A stretch of 64,000 nucleotides of DNA from positions 8,638 through 72,637 of the forward strand of contig JAUNWX010000008.1 of assembly GCA_030540075.1 (NCBI GenBank), given 5' to 3'. The stretch's first letter is position 1, and each line of letters starts with the position of its first letter. Below are positions 1-10,691 of the stretch, one piece after another. The notes beneath the pieces were generated by a model. That model was given only the letters and a program-made list of their open reading frames with translations. It had not been told where the DNA came from and made no database searches. This DNA is from Lachnospiraceae bacterium. GTDB lineage: Bacteria > Bacillota > Clostridia > Lachnospirales > Lachnospiraceae. Both the position numbers and the translations under genes were made by a program.

Positions 1-1020
1 AATGATAAGTTCAGCAATGACCATCCTTCGAATCCATGTTTTTTGATTACGCCACACAAAAGCAATTACCAATGTTATTCCTATCATCGGTAAATAGGCA
101 GCATTACTGGTCCAATCTGCCGATACTACAGAAGTGCTATTTGACATAGTCTCTGCTGGTAAGATCAATGCACGGAGCCATAGCAGAATATCCGTACTGG
201 AAAATGTAAGCGATGAACTGCCATACAATTTATCCGATGAAAGACGATTATTGTTCAATAGTATCATTGCCTGAGGTATAAAGGAAACTGATGCCATAGC
301 AATCCCAAGAATCCCTTCAACCATACACGAAACACAATCTCTTAAGTAATGAATATCTTCAAACAAATAACGGATCAGATAGTACACTGCAAAAAAAAAT
401 ATCTCCATCACGAGTGTACTTGGGCTACCGAGAGCAGTTATAAAAATCGTAAAGGCAAAAACTGCTCTTCTATTTTCAAGTATCAGACCATCTAAGGCCC
501 ATAATGTAAACGGGAAAATAACAAATGCATCATTTATAAAATTAAAAACCAAAACGCAGGCACTGTATCCAGAAAATGCGTACAGAATCGCTCCGATCAG
601 CGCAATATTTTGGTTTCTCACATATCGATGAATATATAAATATGCGCCTGTTCCCATTAATGAGTATCGCAAAACAACGAACCATGGAAGTGCATAAATT
701 ATCATATCCCGTGGAAATAATGCATTTATCAAGGTGGTAATATTAAATCCGCCAATTGAGCTTAAGGATTGCACCGCATCTCCACCCAAATCAAAAAACC
801 AACTCCAGCCAAATTCTCCCGAATAAATTGTGTCATGAATATAGTATAAATAAGGGATCGTTTCAGCATTGAAATCCTCACACATCGTAAGTATTCCACC
901 ATTCATGACAACAAACGGAAAAATGATGATGGTAGATATTATGGCACAAACCCAAAACGCACACCAACTATCGATGTTTTTCCTTTTTTGCCATAGTTTT
1001 GACTGCTTACTTATATTCAC
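1..1020 (-). CDS. YfhO-family (GT-C fold) membrane protein, 5' part; runs off window start
   Basis: Translated by hand from GTG at 1020 (GGGGG RBS) and open to position 1: MNISKQSKLWQ...DFNAETIPY...WSWFFDLGG...ALIGAILYAFSG...DWTSNAAYLPMIG. Multi-TM pattern and motifs typical of YfhO. Absent from the ORF track because it is truncated. Confidence 0.75.
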   Translation of the reverse strand, partial: MNISKQSKLWQKRKNIDSWCAFWVCAIISTIIIFPFVVMNGGILTMCEDFNAETIPYLYYIHDTIYSGEFGWSWFFDLGGDAVQSLSSIGGFNITTLINALFPRDMIIYALPWFVVLRYSLMGTGAYLYIHRYVRNQNIALIGAILYAFSGYSACVLVFNFINDAFVIFPFTLWALDGLILENRRAVFAFTIFITALGSPSTLVMEIFFFAVYYLIRYLFEDIHYLRDCVSCMVEGILGIAMASVSFIPQAMILLNNNRLSSDKLYGSSSLTFSSTDILLWLRALILPAETMSNSTSVVSADWTSNAAYLPMIGITLVIAFVWRNQKTWIRRMVIAELII

Positions 1021-1151
1021 TCTATGCCCCCATCTTTAACAATATATACCACTTTATGGTCCTGGCCCAATGTTTCTGTATTACCAGAATAGCGGTTCAG
1101 AATCGCCCAGAATACTCACAGTTCCATGACAGCTTATAAATCAACAATAGG

Positions 1152-2087
1152 TCACTCATTATTAGTTGCAGATATGTCTACATGTATTAAATCTCTTTTT
1201 TCAAATCTGATTGAGTTCCCCTCACGATTAATAACTTTGTGCACAGAAATATCCAACGATTTATCGCGAGATAAAAGCTCACCATACTTCAAGAAGTCTT
1301 CATCCGAAGCACTTTCACTTATCAAAGTTGATAGTTCTTTTCCAACTTCAGTAAATGGATATTGAGTTATGCTGGCTTTTTCTGGCTTTCCAGAAGACGA
1401 TGCAATCATCATAATCAAATCATGATTAATCATTAGAATTTGAGGTTCATTGCTTATGCTAAGATCAAAGGATATGAATCCGTTATTAAACATCAGGCCT
1501 AACTCATTCAACTTCATAATATTTGCATATGTAATTCCAGCACATTTTAAGTACTCGTTTTCATTGGGCAAAAAATAAACACTTTCGTTCATCACAAACG
1601 AGTGCGAACATATTTTGACAAAAAGCTCCGCATCTTTCTTGCTCAGATTCTTCATAACATCTATCGTCTTAAGCGAGAAAGAAGATGGTTGTGCGATTTC
1701 TCCCGCGAGGATCTTCGCCCACAAATGTTGCATAGCATCATCACTTACACTTCCTGTCGCTTCATAAAAGCGCACAAACCAATCAAAATCGTATTTTGCA
1801 CCAGTATTTATTCTTGGATGATCCTGATAATAACAATCCGCTTTTTTTGCAATAGTTAGAAAGTTATTTGCCTTATAATACTCGGTATAAGTCATTTTTC
1901 CAGAAGTGAGTAAATCATCCGCTACCTCTTTGAATTTACCCGCCTTTATTTTTTCAAATTCATCTGTTTTAGTATTACGTCTAAGAAAGATAGCAGTAAA
2001 AAGAGCGCCAGCAAAAGGCCCAACCGCTGACCCGATACTTTCAAGGTTTCTTGATAATAATGTAATTAGTTCAGTTCCATTCATCAC
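1152..2087 (-). CDS. DUF2806 domain-containing protein
   Basis: DWFVRFYEATGSVSDDAMQHLWAKILAGEIAQPSSFSLKTIDVMKNLSKKDAELF matches the DUF2806 signature as I recall it. Confidence 0.75.
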   Translation of the reverse strand: MMNGTELITLLSRNLESIGSAVGPFAGALFTAIFLRRNTKTDEFEKIKAGKFKEVADDLLTSGKMTYTEYYKANNFLTIAKKADCYYQDHPRINTGAKYDFDWFVRFYEATGSVSDDAMQHLWAKILAGEIAQPSSFSLKTIDVMKNLSKKDAELFVKICSHSFVMNESVYFLPNENEYLKCAGITYANIMKLNELGLMFNNGFISFDLSISNEPQILMINHDLIMMIASSSGKPEKASITQYPFTEVGKELSTLISESASDEDFLKYGELLSRDKSLDISVHKVINREGNSIRFEKRDLIHVDISATNNE

Positions 2088-2182
2088 TAGTCATGCCTTA
2101 TTTCGTAATCATTCAATGTTAACCGAGTAGGCTTACATTGTTATGAAGATTTCAAAAGAAAAATCAACATTTTCTGAATATT

Positions 2183-3997
2183 TTAATCATTCAAGTATCT
2201 TTGCCAAAAGTCTTCTGAATATATTTCATTTTTCATCTTTCGATAATCCTCTATAATACTTGCATTCGATTTTTTATATGAATCAATCGCCTTCTTAAAT
2301 CTTTTCATGAGTACTTTGTATCGAGCTCGATCTCTTAGCAACATATATCCTGTTCGATTGTCCAAATTCACTGCAATTAATCGTTCACGTAAATATATTC
2401 TTTCCGGCGTCCAAACACCATTATAAGGAATCGAGTTAATATCTTTTCGGTATCTCCCTATCCAGAACCTATGTCCATTTCGAGTAATCTTAGAAATAAC
2501 TTTCTGTATGAACGTTCGATTCCCATCAATATCTGGATCACCTAATCCAATATCGGGATTCCCGAATTTTGCTAAAGGTTCCATCTTATGAACAAGTTCA
2601 CTATTCGATTTTAATATTTCTTCTCCATGATCCTCCATAATATACGAAGGCCCCTTGAGATAATCCTCAATTGCACGCAGACACAGTTCAGCTGTGTCAT
2701 AATCCAATCGTATCAAAGCATCTCTAAAATCCTTCGTGGCTTTTCCAATGATATTCACATCATTCATCACACCAGAAATCGCATGGTCTACCAGCAGATT
2801 TCTGTTAACCTGATAGAAATCCATTGCAGCATTGTACTTTCCTGTAAAGCCCATATGCCATACGCAGATGCCGTTCATAGTAATAAAGCCCGGTTTACAC
2901 CGTAGTCCATATTCAATATCATCTCCACGCACAAACACAGGAACAGGCAGTCCCTTTTCTTTTATCGTATCCATCGGTATGCAGCAATACCACCATGCCG
3001 CATAATTATGATCGTCATCGACAGGAAACTCTTTTTCATTATATAGATTATCACTTAATAATTCATGATTCAGCTCTTCGCCCTTTAATGGAATAAAATG
3101 CCCATCCTTAGAAACCATTCCGATGTCTTCTTTTTGAATCTCGACATTTTCCATATAGAGCATTGCGCCACTGATAAAGTTTTTCTGATACTCCTCCTTC
3201 AAATGTTTTAACAAATAATATGTTTTTCGAATGCTCTCCGACTGCATATTAACATCGTCATCCATCAACAGTACATTGGTGATGGGTTCTTTCTGGTGCA
3301 TACACTCGATCATCCCTCGTGCAAAGCCGCCAGCTCCGCCTGTATTTTTATTAGGATGTAAAAAAATCCGATGATCTGAAGGAAAATTTTGTTCTGTAAG
3401 TGTATTTCCATTGTCCACAACATGTATAAACAGATGTTTTGCAACTTCATCACCTGAACATAACAATTCATCATAGAGTAATCTTATATTACGCGTAATA
3501 TATTTTTCCTTATGACATGTGGTGGAGCTAAGTGCCAGATTCGTGTGATTATCCGATGCGAACTCACCAGAATAATGCCCTGATTGTATTATGCAATCAC
3601 TTAAGGTTTCAATTTCGAAGCCAAGCATCATGTCATCAGTATCCGGCATAATTGCAGTGATTTCTTCAAATGAAGAACTACGAAATATCGCTTCACTATA
3701 AACCTTGATGTCGGTAGACCCATTCACCAGGTTGCACCCTATAAGCTTTAGAGAAAACTCCCCCTTAATGCGCAAAGCCAATTCAACATTCGAAACATCC
3801 GTATACTTTTTCCATTTTCTATTAGAAAAGCCGTTAAAGTAAGTATTAAACCCCACGTGTGAGAATTTGGGGAATCCAACACAAAGCGTCTGATTTTGAT
3901 AATAATCTACGCCTCTTACGCCTCTATAGTATAGTGTATAATGTTCCTTTAACATTTCCTCTTTAGGAAATACTAAATTTTGGATTACCTCTCTCAT
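2183..3997 (-). CDS. Glycosyltransferase family 2, GlfT2-like (putative galactofuranosyltransferase)
   Basis: VVDNG, NTGGAGGFARGM, LLMDDD, YAAWWYCCIP, RGDDIEYGLR motifs; long N-terminal extension. Confidence 0.8.
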   Translation of the reverse strand: MREVIQNLVFPKEEMLKEHYTLYYRGVRGVDYYQNQTLCVGFPKFSHVGFNTYFNGFSNRKWKKYTDVSNVELALRIKGEFSLKLIGCNLVNGSTDIKVYSEAIFRSSSFEEITAIMPDTDDMMLGFEIETLSDCIIQSGHYSGEFASDNHTNLALSSTTCHKEKYITRNIRLLYDELLCSGDEVAKHLFIHVVDNGNTLTEQNFPSDHRIFLHPNKNTGGAGGFARGMIECMHQKEPITNVLLMDDDVNMQSESIRKTYYLLKHLKEEYQKNFISGAMLYMENVEIQKEDIGMVSKDGHFIPLKGEELNHELLSDNLYNEKEFPVDDDHNYAAWWYCCIPMDTIKEKGLPVPVFVRGDDIEYGLRCKPGFITMNGICVWHMGFTGKYNAAMDFYQVNRNLLVDHAISGVMNDVNIIGKATKDFRDALIRLDYDTAELCLRAIEDYLKGPSYIMEDHGEEILKSNSELVHKMEPLAKFGNPDIGLGDPDIDGNRTFIQKVISKITRNGHRFWIGRYRKDINSIPYNGVWTPERIYLRERLIAVNLDNRTGYMLLRDRARYKVLMKRFKKAIDSYKKSNASIIEDYRKMKNEIYSEDFWQRYLND

Positions 3998-4080
3998 AAA
4001 AATCTCACCTCAAATAACTATTGCACTGCCTGGCGCATAATATGCAAACAAGAGCGACCTGTCATCAATATATTTTAATC

Positions 4081-5110
4081 TTAGATATTACATATCAAAT
4101 CAGAAACATTCTTTGATGCCATTTTTAAATTCTCCGCAATAAGGAACGTTAACCAGAAAACTGCACCAAGACAAAGCAGAATTTGCCATAACCGACTTTC
4201 TCCATTTAACCAATATGGCATTACAAGAATAAAAATACGATGATGAACAAGATATATTTCATAATTATACTTACAGATATATCTTGTCACTGTATTATCA
4301 ACGCGTATATTGTATAGAATAATAAATGATAAGCAGGATGCAAAAAATACAGGTAGATAATTGAATCCGAGTATTGTAGCTGGATTTAAAATCCAGATTA
4401 ATACACAAGCAAAAACTGCCAGAACCTCAATTTGTTTCGTGATCAAGTTTCTATATTTATCAAATATCATTCCTAACCAAAAATACATGATACCGTTGGT
4501 AAATGAGAAATAACCTCCTCCACCTGATAGAATTTGATATTTCAAGTTGAATACAAAAATTGTTCCTAGAACGATAGTAGTATATACTCCCCCCCCTGTT
4601 CGCTTTCAGTAACTTCCTGAGCAAAGGAAACAGACTATACACTACAAGAATCACACTCGTAAACCATTCTCCTGTAATCCAAACGGTGTTGATACCAATC
4701 CTGTTCCACAAATCACCAGCAAAGTTAAAACCAAAAAATGAAATTATACAACCTAGAAGATTCTCTTTTACATAGTTTATGTATCCACCATTTGAAATAC
4801 TGGAAATCAATAATGATACAACAAAGCTAATCCATAACGGAATACATATACGAATAATTCGTTTTTTGAAGAAAACAATAGTACTGAATTTTTCTTCATC
4901 TCCATAGTTATGCCAGAGAAGCGCTCCGGAAAGAATGAAGAATAGTCCGACTCCCAATCCACCGAAGCCGAACCCTCCATGGTCTATTACAGACATAAGT
5001 AAAGGATAAACCACGATACTATTCTCCGTACACGTTGTATAGAAATGCCATAATAATATCAACATCATGGCTAAGAATCGTATAAAATCATATCCCTTAT
5101 CTCTTTGCAT
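4081..5110 (-). pseudogene. Acyltransferase family 3 (O-acetyltransferase) split by a one-base frameshift in a G8 tract
   Basis: ORF 4460-5110 (YDFIRFLAMMLILLWH, GVGLFFILSG, FFKKRIIRI, GEWF) and ORF 4081-4545 (YEIYLVHH) join into one 342-aa multi-TM protein if the G8 run at 4589-4596 is G7 or G10. Confidence 0.8.
4589..4596 (-). repeat. Homopolymeric G8 tract (C8 on +) at the acyltransferase frameshift
   Basis: + strand tatatactCCCCCCCCtgttcg (C run 4589-4596, preceded by ct); minus strand AAC AGG GGG GGG AGT. Confidence 0.85.
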
Positions 5111-5146
5111 AGTTCTTCACCCTCACCGAATCATGCCGCAACATAC

Positions 5147-8100
5147 TCAGTCTTTAATAATTCCTATTTTTCTTAAAATCTTGCCTGGAGCCTTTACAAT
5201 CGCATGTCCAATTTTGTAGGAATGACTTTCATAGACCTTGTGTAAGTCTCTTTCCAGTTCCTGCTCGTGAATACGATTATGTAAATTAGCTCTTCTTAGC
5301 TCATTATTCCAAAAATCCAGTAATGAATACTCTTCTGAATTATTTAAATCATCTTCAAAAGGTATCGCTTTAAACATGTGCTTATCGAATTCTTTTGGAA
5401 AATGCATATACATCTCGTATGGTGCCGCCAGTTCTGTTTTATTGTAGTAGACATATTTCGTATATTTACCCATCTTTTCAATAAAATCAGAAACAAATTG
5501 TATTGCGTTACTCTGCAGCGTTTCGGTAATAAGCAGTGCTGCATAAGGCATATCAAATTCTCCAAAAACCGGTTTGATACCCCCCCTCTCAGTAAGCTTA
5601 TATCCAACTGTTGACGGTCCTCGTTCCATCAAGCAATGTTCGCGAATAGCACCTGTAATAACTGGCTTCACCGGATAGAAGCAGTAACATTTTATACCAT
5701 ACTTTTTCTGTCTGTTTTCCGCAAAGCCATCCCCATTCGTATGAAGATACAACGAACCAACTGGATACCCCAGTAAATTGGAAAGTGCCGCCTCTGGTCT
5801 ACCAGAATACCCCACATCAAAAATGAAGTCTCCCTGTTGAAATACTTGGTCAAAATATGTTTTTAAATCCTGCTTATATTGATTTAACAGTTCTAATGAA
5901 AATGCACTATCCTTAATGAATTTTAAGAAGTTTTCATATTCAGTATAATCACTGAAACACCTGTCTTTATGAAAATTCAAGGCTCTCGCTTCTTCCCATA
6001 GTTGCTCTTCCTTCATCGATACCGCTGGTTTTAAGTACTGGTATATTTTTTCAGGTGTAGCTGCAAATGGGCTCAGTTTTCTTCCAAGTGAGAAGATATC
6101 ATCTTCAACATTTACGTCGCATAATACGAGTGCTTTTCGAGATAAACGAATATAATCACTTCTTATCGAAGTGTCATTAATTAAGTCGAAGGCTTCCTTA
6201 ACCAGCCATCCGTCCCTGGCGACAAAATGCACACATGGTATATTATGTTCTATTGCCTGTTCCTTAACCCATTGTGCGATTGCCAATACATAGCCGCCAA
6301 TAACCTGGTAACCAATATAGCGCGGATCGTCATTATAATCCGATTCCGGATTAAACGAAACAAAAGGATTATCAAATGCCTTATTACACCCTAAGGCAAT
6401 CATTGCTCTTGTAGATGGAGAACTATCAAATAGCATTCCATAATCCTGTATCATTCCGCTATTTCTATAAATACGGCGGTACGCATCTCCGCCATAGAAC
6501 GGAGAATAATGCATAAAAATATCAGAACCCTTCGGCAAGTGCTCCGCCCGTATCCCTAACGATCTAGGCATTTCTACATCACTTTGCCAATTATCTCCCA
6601 AGTGAATCAACGACTTGGCATTTTTAATATCCAAATCCTTTAAAATATATTTAAAAAGATTACCCGTTGCCTTTGTAAGCATAATGTCGGAAGAAAGATA
6701 TAGTTTACTATATCCTCTATATCCATTTTTATCCAGAATTCCTTCTATAAAATCCTTCGGCAGATACATGTCGGAAGTGATGATAATTCTCTTTCCGGCA
6801 TCTTTGGCAAGTTGAAACAGTTCCTTTCCAAGTTGTCTCGGATAAAGTACCTGCTGTTCTATAGCAAGTTCTTCTTCCTTCATCTTTTCAATTCGTTCTA
6901 TGGATAAACCACAGTTTTCGCTTATATGATGATATATTTGTTCGTATGTTATATCTTCATTAGATGGGCTTTTAATCTTTTCTTCTACTCTTGCTCCATC
7001 TTCCGCATTTTTTCGAATCATCGCAAAATCAACAAACGACGCTATATCTTCATTCATTTTATTGGAGAGTATATCAAACAAATCCGTCGGATAAAGAAAT
7101 GGGCGAAGTAATAGTGTATCAAAAATATCAAAACTGACTGTATCTGTTTCGGCACTGACAATTTCTCGTTTAATTTGCTGATAATGGTCATAAACACCAT
7201 CCAATCTTGTTCTTTGTTCATAGAAAAGGTCAATTTGTTCTTTAGATACGGTATAGCCAAAACTTTGAGCTATTTTTCTGCTATAATAAGTTTCATTAAT
7301 TCTGTACAAATCTCGCTGTAAAATAGCTACAGCTGTATTTTTATATTTATTTAACAATTTTTTGTAGATGTCGCTACTATAGTTTGATTCTTCAATTAAT
7401 TCTTCAGCAAATAAGAAAGCGCCCTTCACATCATTTATGTAATTAAAACATGCTTTTTTATTTCTAAATGCACTAGTCATTCCGCCAGAATGCTTATAAT
7501 AATAATAATAAGCATTCTGAACATTCGTCACTTTCTGAGCATGCATCCATAAATCAAATGAGAAGGCAAAATCTTCCCACATCTGCATGCGACCATGCGA
7601 TTTTGCATATTTATTAAAATCCGGAAGGCATCTTTCCCATAATTCTCTAGTATAAATTTTATTCCAAATCAGCGACCAGCTAAAGCAAGATCCCCTCTGC
7701 TCTAAAAAAGAATGCAAAATCTCATCACCAGTCAGTTCAAAATCTTTAATTCTAAAAGGATCAAGATTCAAGTATTCTTTTACTCCATCCTCATATGCAA
7801 AGCACCATTCTCCCACAACCATATCCGAGTTCGTATCTATAGCTTTACGTAGCAGTGTACGAATCCAGTCATATGATAAGAAATCATCTGCATCAACAAA
7901 CAGAATGTACTCTCCCGTTGAAGCTTCTACACCTGTAATTCTGGTCTCAAACAATCCAGTATTCATCTCATGTCGAATCACTCGAACACGGCCATCCTGC
8001 TGGCTGTACCTACTAACAATTTCAACATCTTCTTTATTCGGTGTGCAATCATCTACTATAACAACTTCCAGATTATTGTAGGACTGCTTTAAAATGCTGT

Positions 8101-8188
8101 CTAAACAACGAGTCAAAAGCTGTTCACCTATATTGTATACAGGCACGATCACCGATACCAATGGCCCATTCATAATAAACTCATTCAT
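5147..8188 (-). CDS. GT2 glycosyltransferase fused to a HAD-like hydrolase domain (1013 aa)
   Basis: N-term VSVIVPVYN...VVIVDDCT...FVDADD; C-terminal half VSFDIFDTLLLR, IIITSDMYLP, HLGDNWQSD; terminal SYKIGHAIVKAPGKI helix. Confidence 0.8.
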   Translation of the reverse strand: MNEFIMNGPLVSVIVPVYNIGEQLLTRCLDSILKQSYNNLEVVIVDDCTPNKEDVEIVSRYSQQDGRVRVIRHEMNTGLFETRITGVEASTGEYILFVDADDFLSYDWIRTLLRKAIDTNSDMVVGEWCFAYEDGVKEYLNLDPFRIKDFELTGDEILHSFLEQRGSCFSWSLIWNKIYTRELWERCLPDFNKYAKSHGRMQMWEDFAFSFDLWMHAQKVTNVQNAYYYYYKHSGGMTSAFRNKKACFNYINDVKGAFLFAEELIEESNYSSDIYKKLLNKYKNTAVAILQRDLYRINETYYSRKIAQSFGYTVSKEQIDLFYEQRTRLDGVYDHYQQIKREIVSAETDTVSFDIFDTLLLRPFLYPTDLFDILSNKMNEDIASFVDFAMIRKNAEDGARVEEKIKSPSNEDITYEQIYHHISENCGLSIERIEKMKEEELAIEQQVLYPRQLGKELFQLAKDAGKRIIITSDMYLPKDFIEGILDKNGYRGYSKLYLSSDIMLTKATGNLFKYILKDLDIKNAKSLIHLGDNWQSDVEMPRSLGIRAEHLPKGSDIFMHYSPFYGGDAYRRIYRNSGMIQDYGMLFDSSPSTRAMIALGCNKAFDNPFVSFNPESDYNDDPRYIGYQVIGGYVLAIAQWVKEQAIEHNIPCVHFVARDGWLVKEAFDLINDTSIRSDYIRLSRKALVLCDVNVEDDIFSLGRKLSPFAATPEKIYQYLKPAVSMKEEQLWEEARALNFHKDRCFSDYTEYENFLKFIKDSAFSLELLNQYKQDLKTYFDQVFQQGDFIFDVGYSGRPEAALSNLLGYPVGSLYLHTNGDGFAENRQKKYGIKCYCFYPVKPVITGAIREHCLMERGPSTVGYKLTERGGIKPVFGEFDMPYAALLITETLQSNAIQFVSDFIEKMGKYTKYVYYNKTELAAPYEMYMHFPKEFDKHMFKAIPFEDDLNNSEEYSLLDFWNNELRRANLHNRIHEQELERDLHKVYESHSYKIGHAIVKAPGKILRKIGIIKD

Positions 8189-8219
8189 TTTAAATCCCCT
8201 TTTTCAATCTTCCTCAGAT

Positions 8220-8966
8220 TCAACGCTCTTTCTCAAACTGCATATACTTTTCTGCAATTTCATCAACGCTTCCTGTTTCCTGTACGCTTCCTTTATTTAG
8301 CCACAAAGCATGATCACACACCTTTTTCACAGATTCCATATTATGCGACACATACAACAGTGTCGTTCCTGCGTCGCGCATATCAGTCATGCGTTTCTCA
8401 CATTTCTGCTGAAATGCATAATCACCGACTGCAAGCACCTCATCGCAGATGAGGATGTCTGGCCGAACTATCGTGGCGATGGCGAAGCCGAGACGTGCCG
8501 CCATACCGGACGAATAGTTCTTAATCGGCATATCCAGAAAGTCTCGAAGCTCTGCAAAATCTACAATTTCATCAAAATGCTCTTCCATGAACTTATGGTT
8601 ATAACCCAGAACTGCACCATTTAAAAAAATGTTCTCTCTGGCTGTCAACTCCCCATCAAATCCTGCACCTAATTCGATGAGCGGTGCAATCGAACCATTC
8701 ACCGTCACGGTTCCTTTGTACGGTTTCAGAATACCGGAAATCAGCTTCAGCATCGTAGATTTTCCGGAGCCATTGGTACCCACCAGACCCCAGGCCTCTC
8801 CCTTTTTCACTTCGAAGCTTACATCCTTTAATGCAAGAAACTCCTGGAACATGAGTTTCCCCTGAACAAGCTTCACGAAATACTCTTTCAGGTTGTCTAT
8901 GCGCTCTGTAGCCATGTTGAAGCGAACCGTTGCATGGTCCACCTTTACTGCAATATCTGTATCCAC
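8220..8966 (-). CDS. wzt: Polysaccharide ABC exporter ATP-binding subunit (Wzt/RfbB/TagH-like), no C-terminal carbohydrate-binding module
   Basis: GTNGSGKST, YSSGMAARL, DEVLAVGD; 248 aa; follows Wzm. Confidence 0.9.
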   Translation of the reverse strand: MDTDIAVKVDHATVRFNMATERIDNLKEYFVKLVQGKLMFQEFLALKDVSFEVKKGEAWGLVGTNGSGKSTMLKLISGILKPYKGTVTVNGSIAPLIELGAGFDGELTARENIFLNGAVLGYNHKFMEEHFDEIVDFAELRDFLDMPIKNYSSGMAARLGFAIATIVRPDILICDEVLAVGDYAFQQKCEKRMTDMRDAGTTLLYVSHNMESVKKVCDHALWLNKGSVQETGSVDEIAEKYMQFEKER

Positions 8967-8987
8967 GTAAATCTCCTTTAGTCGATG

Positions 8988-9776
8988 TTAAATATAAAGA
9001 ATGAATTTATCCTGTGATTTAAAGAACACCCAGGTGCCCAAAACAAGCATGGTCAGTGCTACTACAAACCCATACAGAACCAGCCGAGGATCCGGGCAGG
9101 CTCCATCCAGAACGATCATGCGGAACTGCTGAATATAGCTATAGAGCGGGTTTAGATGCTTTATTCCTCTCTGAAGCCATTCCGGCAGCTGCTGAATCGG
9201 ATAGAAGATCGGCGTCACATACATCCATGCGGTGATAACCGCAGACCAGATGTACTGAATATCTCTGAAGAAAACCGTTGTGGCAGAGAGGAACATACCC
9301 ATGCCCAGACAGAAGATATACACTTGTAACAGAATGACTGGAACAAAAAGAATCCACGGCGTGATCATCACATGACAGAATATGAAGACGATCAGCATAG
9401 CGCCGAGTGAGAAGAGCATATTCACGCATGAACTTGTAACTGTTGATAGGGTGAATACATATTTTGGTACATAGACCTTTTTAAGAAGTGATGCATTTCC
9501 CAGAATAGCCCACATCGATTTATTCGTCGCCTCTGAGAAAAAGTTAAAAATCGTCTGGCCGATGATCAGATATACCGGATAGTTCGCAATGTCAAAACGG
9601 AACATATGTGAAAATACCAGTACCATGATACACATGATAAGCAGTGGATTCAATATGCTCCAGATATACCCTAAGAATGATCTTCTATATTTTAATTTGA
9701 TGTCCTTCGATACCAGTTCATGGAATAAATCTTTGTAACCAAAGAAGGTACGTATTCTCTCTTTCATTTTCTCCAT
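8988..9776 (-). CDS. wzm: Polysaccharide ABC exporter permease (Wzm/RfbA)
   Basis: KDIKLKYRRSFLGYIWSILNPL, FFRDIQYIW, YVTPIFYP, LNPLYSYI. Confidence 0.9.
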   Translation of the reverse strand: MEKMKERIRTFFGYKDLFHELVSKDIKLKYRRSFLGYIWSILNPLLIMCIMVLVFSHMFRFDIANYPVYLIIGQTIFNFFSEATNKSMWAILGNASLLKKVYVPKYVFTLSTVTSSCVNMLFSLGAMLIVFIFCHVMITPWILFVPVILLQVYIFCLGMGMFLSATTVFFRDIQYIWSAVITAWMYVTPIFYPIQQLPEWLQRGIKHLNPLYSYIQQFRMIVLDGACPDPRLVLYGFVVALTMLVLGTWVFFKSQDKFILYI

Positions 9777-9833
9777 TAATCTATGCTTCTCCTTATTGCT
9801 AAATATATAGATTATATCATATACGCTCTAATT

Positions 9834-10607
9834 TTACTTTATCTTCCTGTATTTCATGAAGCTCCTGAGTGCATAGTGCATCCAGTTTTTGAATGCCGAA
9901 GACACGCTAAGCCCAATATGCCGATAAGCCCGGAATGTCATGGCAGCAGCTTTCAATTTGTTTCCAGATCTAGAGGACTTCATGACGCGATAAATCAGTA
10001 ATGGTTCATCCAGACCATAGGCTTCTATCTTTTCTTTTTTCAGAATCGTCAGCCAGGTCACGAAGTCTTCGTGCACCTTATCCGAGCATGGCATCGAATA
10101 TTTCAGCATCAGTTCTCGTCTGATCATAACCGATGAACACGATACCACATTCTGTTTCAGCAGATCTTCGAAGTCTACACGTTTCGGGACATGAAGTGTA
10201 GAAGATAAAGGCAATCCATTTTCATCAATGAACGATGATCCGGTAAACAGAAAGTCATGCTTTCTTTCCGGAGCATCTTTATCTAACTGCTTCTGTAAGT
10301 TTAGCTGCTTTTCGAGTTTATCCGGTGCCCACAGATCATCGCTGTCCAGAAATGCGATCCAGTCGCCAGAAGCCATCCTAACTCCAGTATTACGCGCATG
10401 GGATACGCCTTTATTCCCCGGCAAATTCATCAGATGAATCCTGGAATCTTTCGTTGCATACGATTCTACGATTTCAGCTGTACGATCCTCACTGCAATCG
10501 TTCATCACCAGCACTTCAAAGTCTGTGTATGTTTGTACACAGACCGAGTCCAGGGTTTTCGCTATATATTTTTCAGAATTGTAACTGGGAATAATTACAG
10601 AAACCAT
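9834..10607 (-). CDS. Glycosyltransferase family 2 (TuaG-like)
   Basis: VSVIIPSYN, NDCSED, GVSHARN, AFLDSDDLW, HEDFVTWL. Confidence 0.85.
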   Translation of the reverse strand: MVSVIIPSYNSEKYIAKTLDSVCVQTYTDFEVLVMNDCSEDRTAEIVESYATKDSRIHLMNLPGNKGVSHARNTGVRMASGDWIAFLDSDDLWAPDKLEKQLNLQKQLDKDAPERKHDFLFTGSSFIDENGLPLSSTLHVPKRVDFEDLLKQNVVSCSSVMIRRELMLKYSMPCSDKVHEDFVTWLTILKKEKIEAYGLDEPLLIYRVMKSSRSGNKLKAAAMTFRAYRHIGLSVSSAFKNWMHYALRSFMKYRKIK

Positions 10608-10691
10608 CTCACCTTACCTTAACCAGGTATACAGAATCTTGTACCAGGAAGCAAAGCTCCTGCGTTATCACATTTCCACACGATTGCGTTA

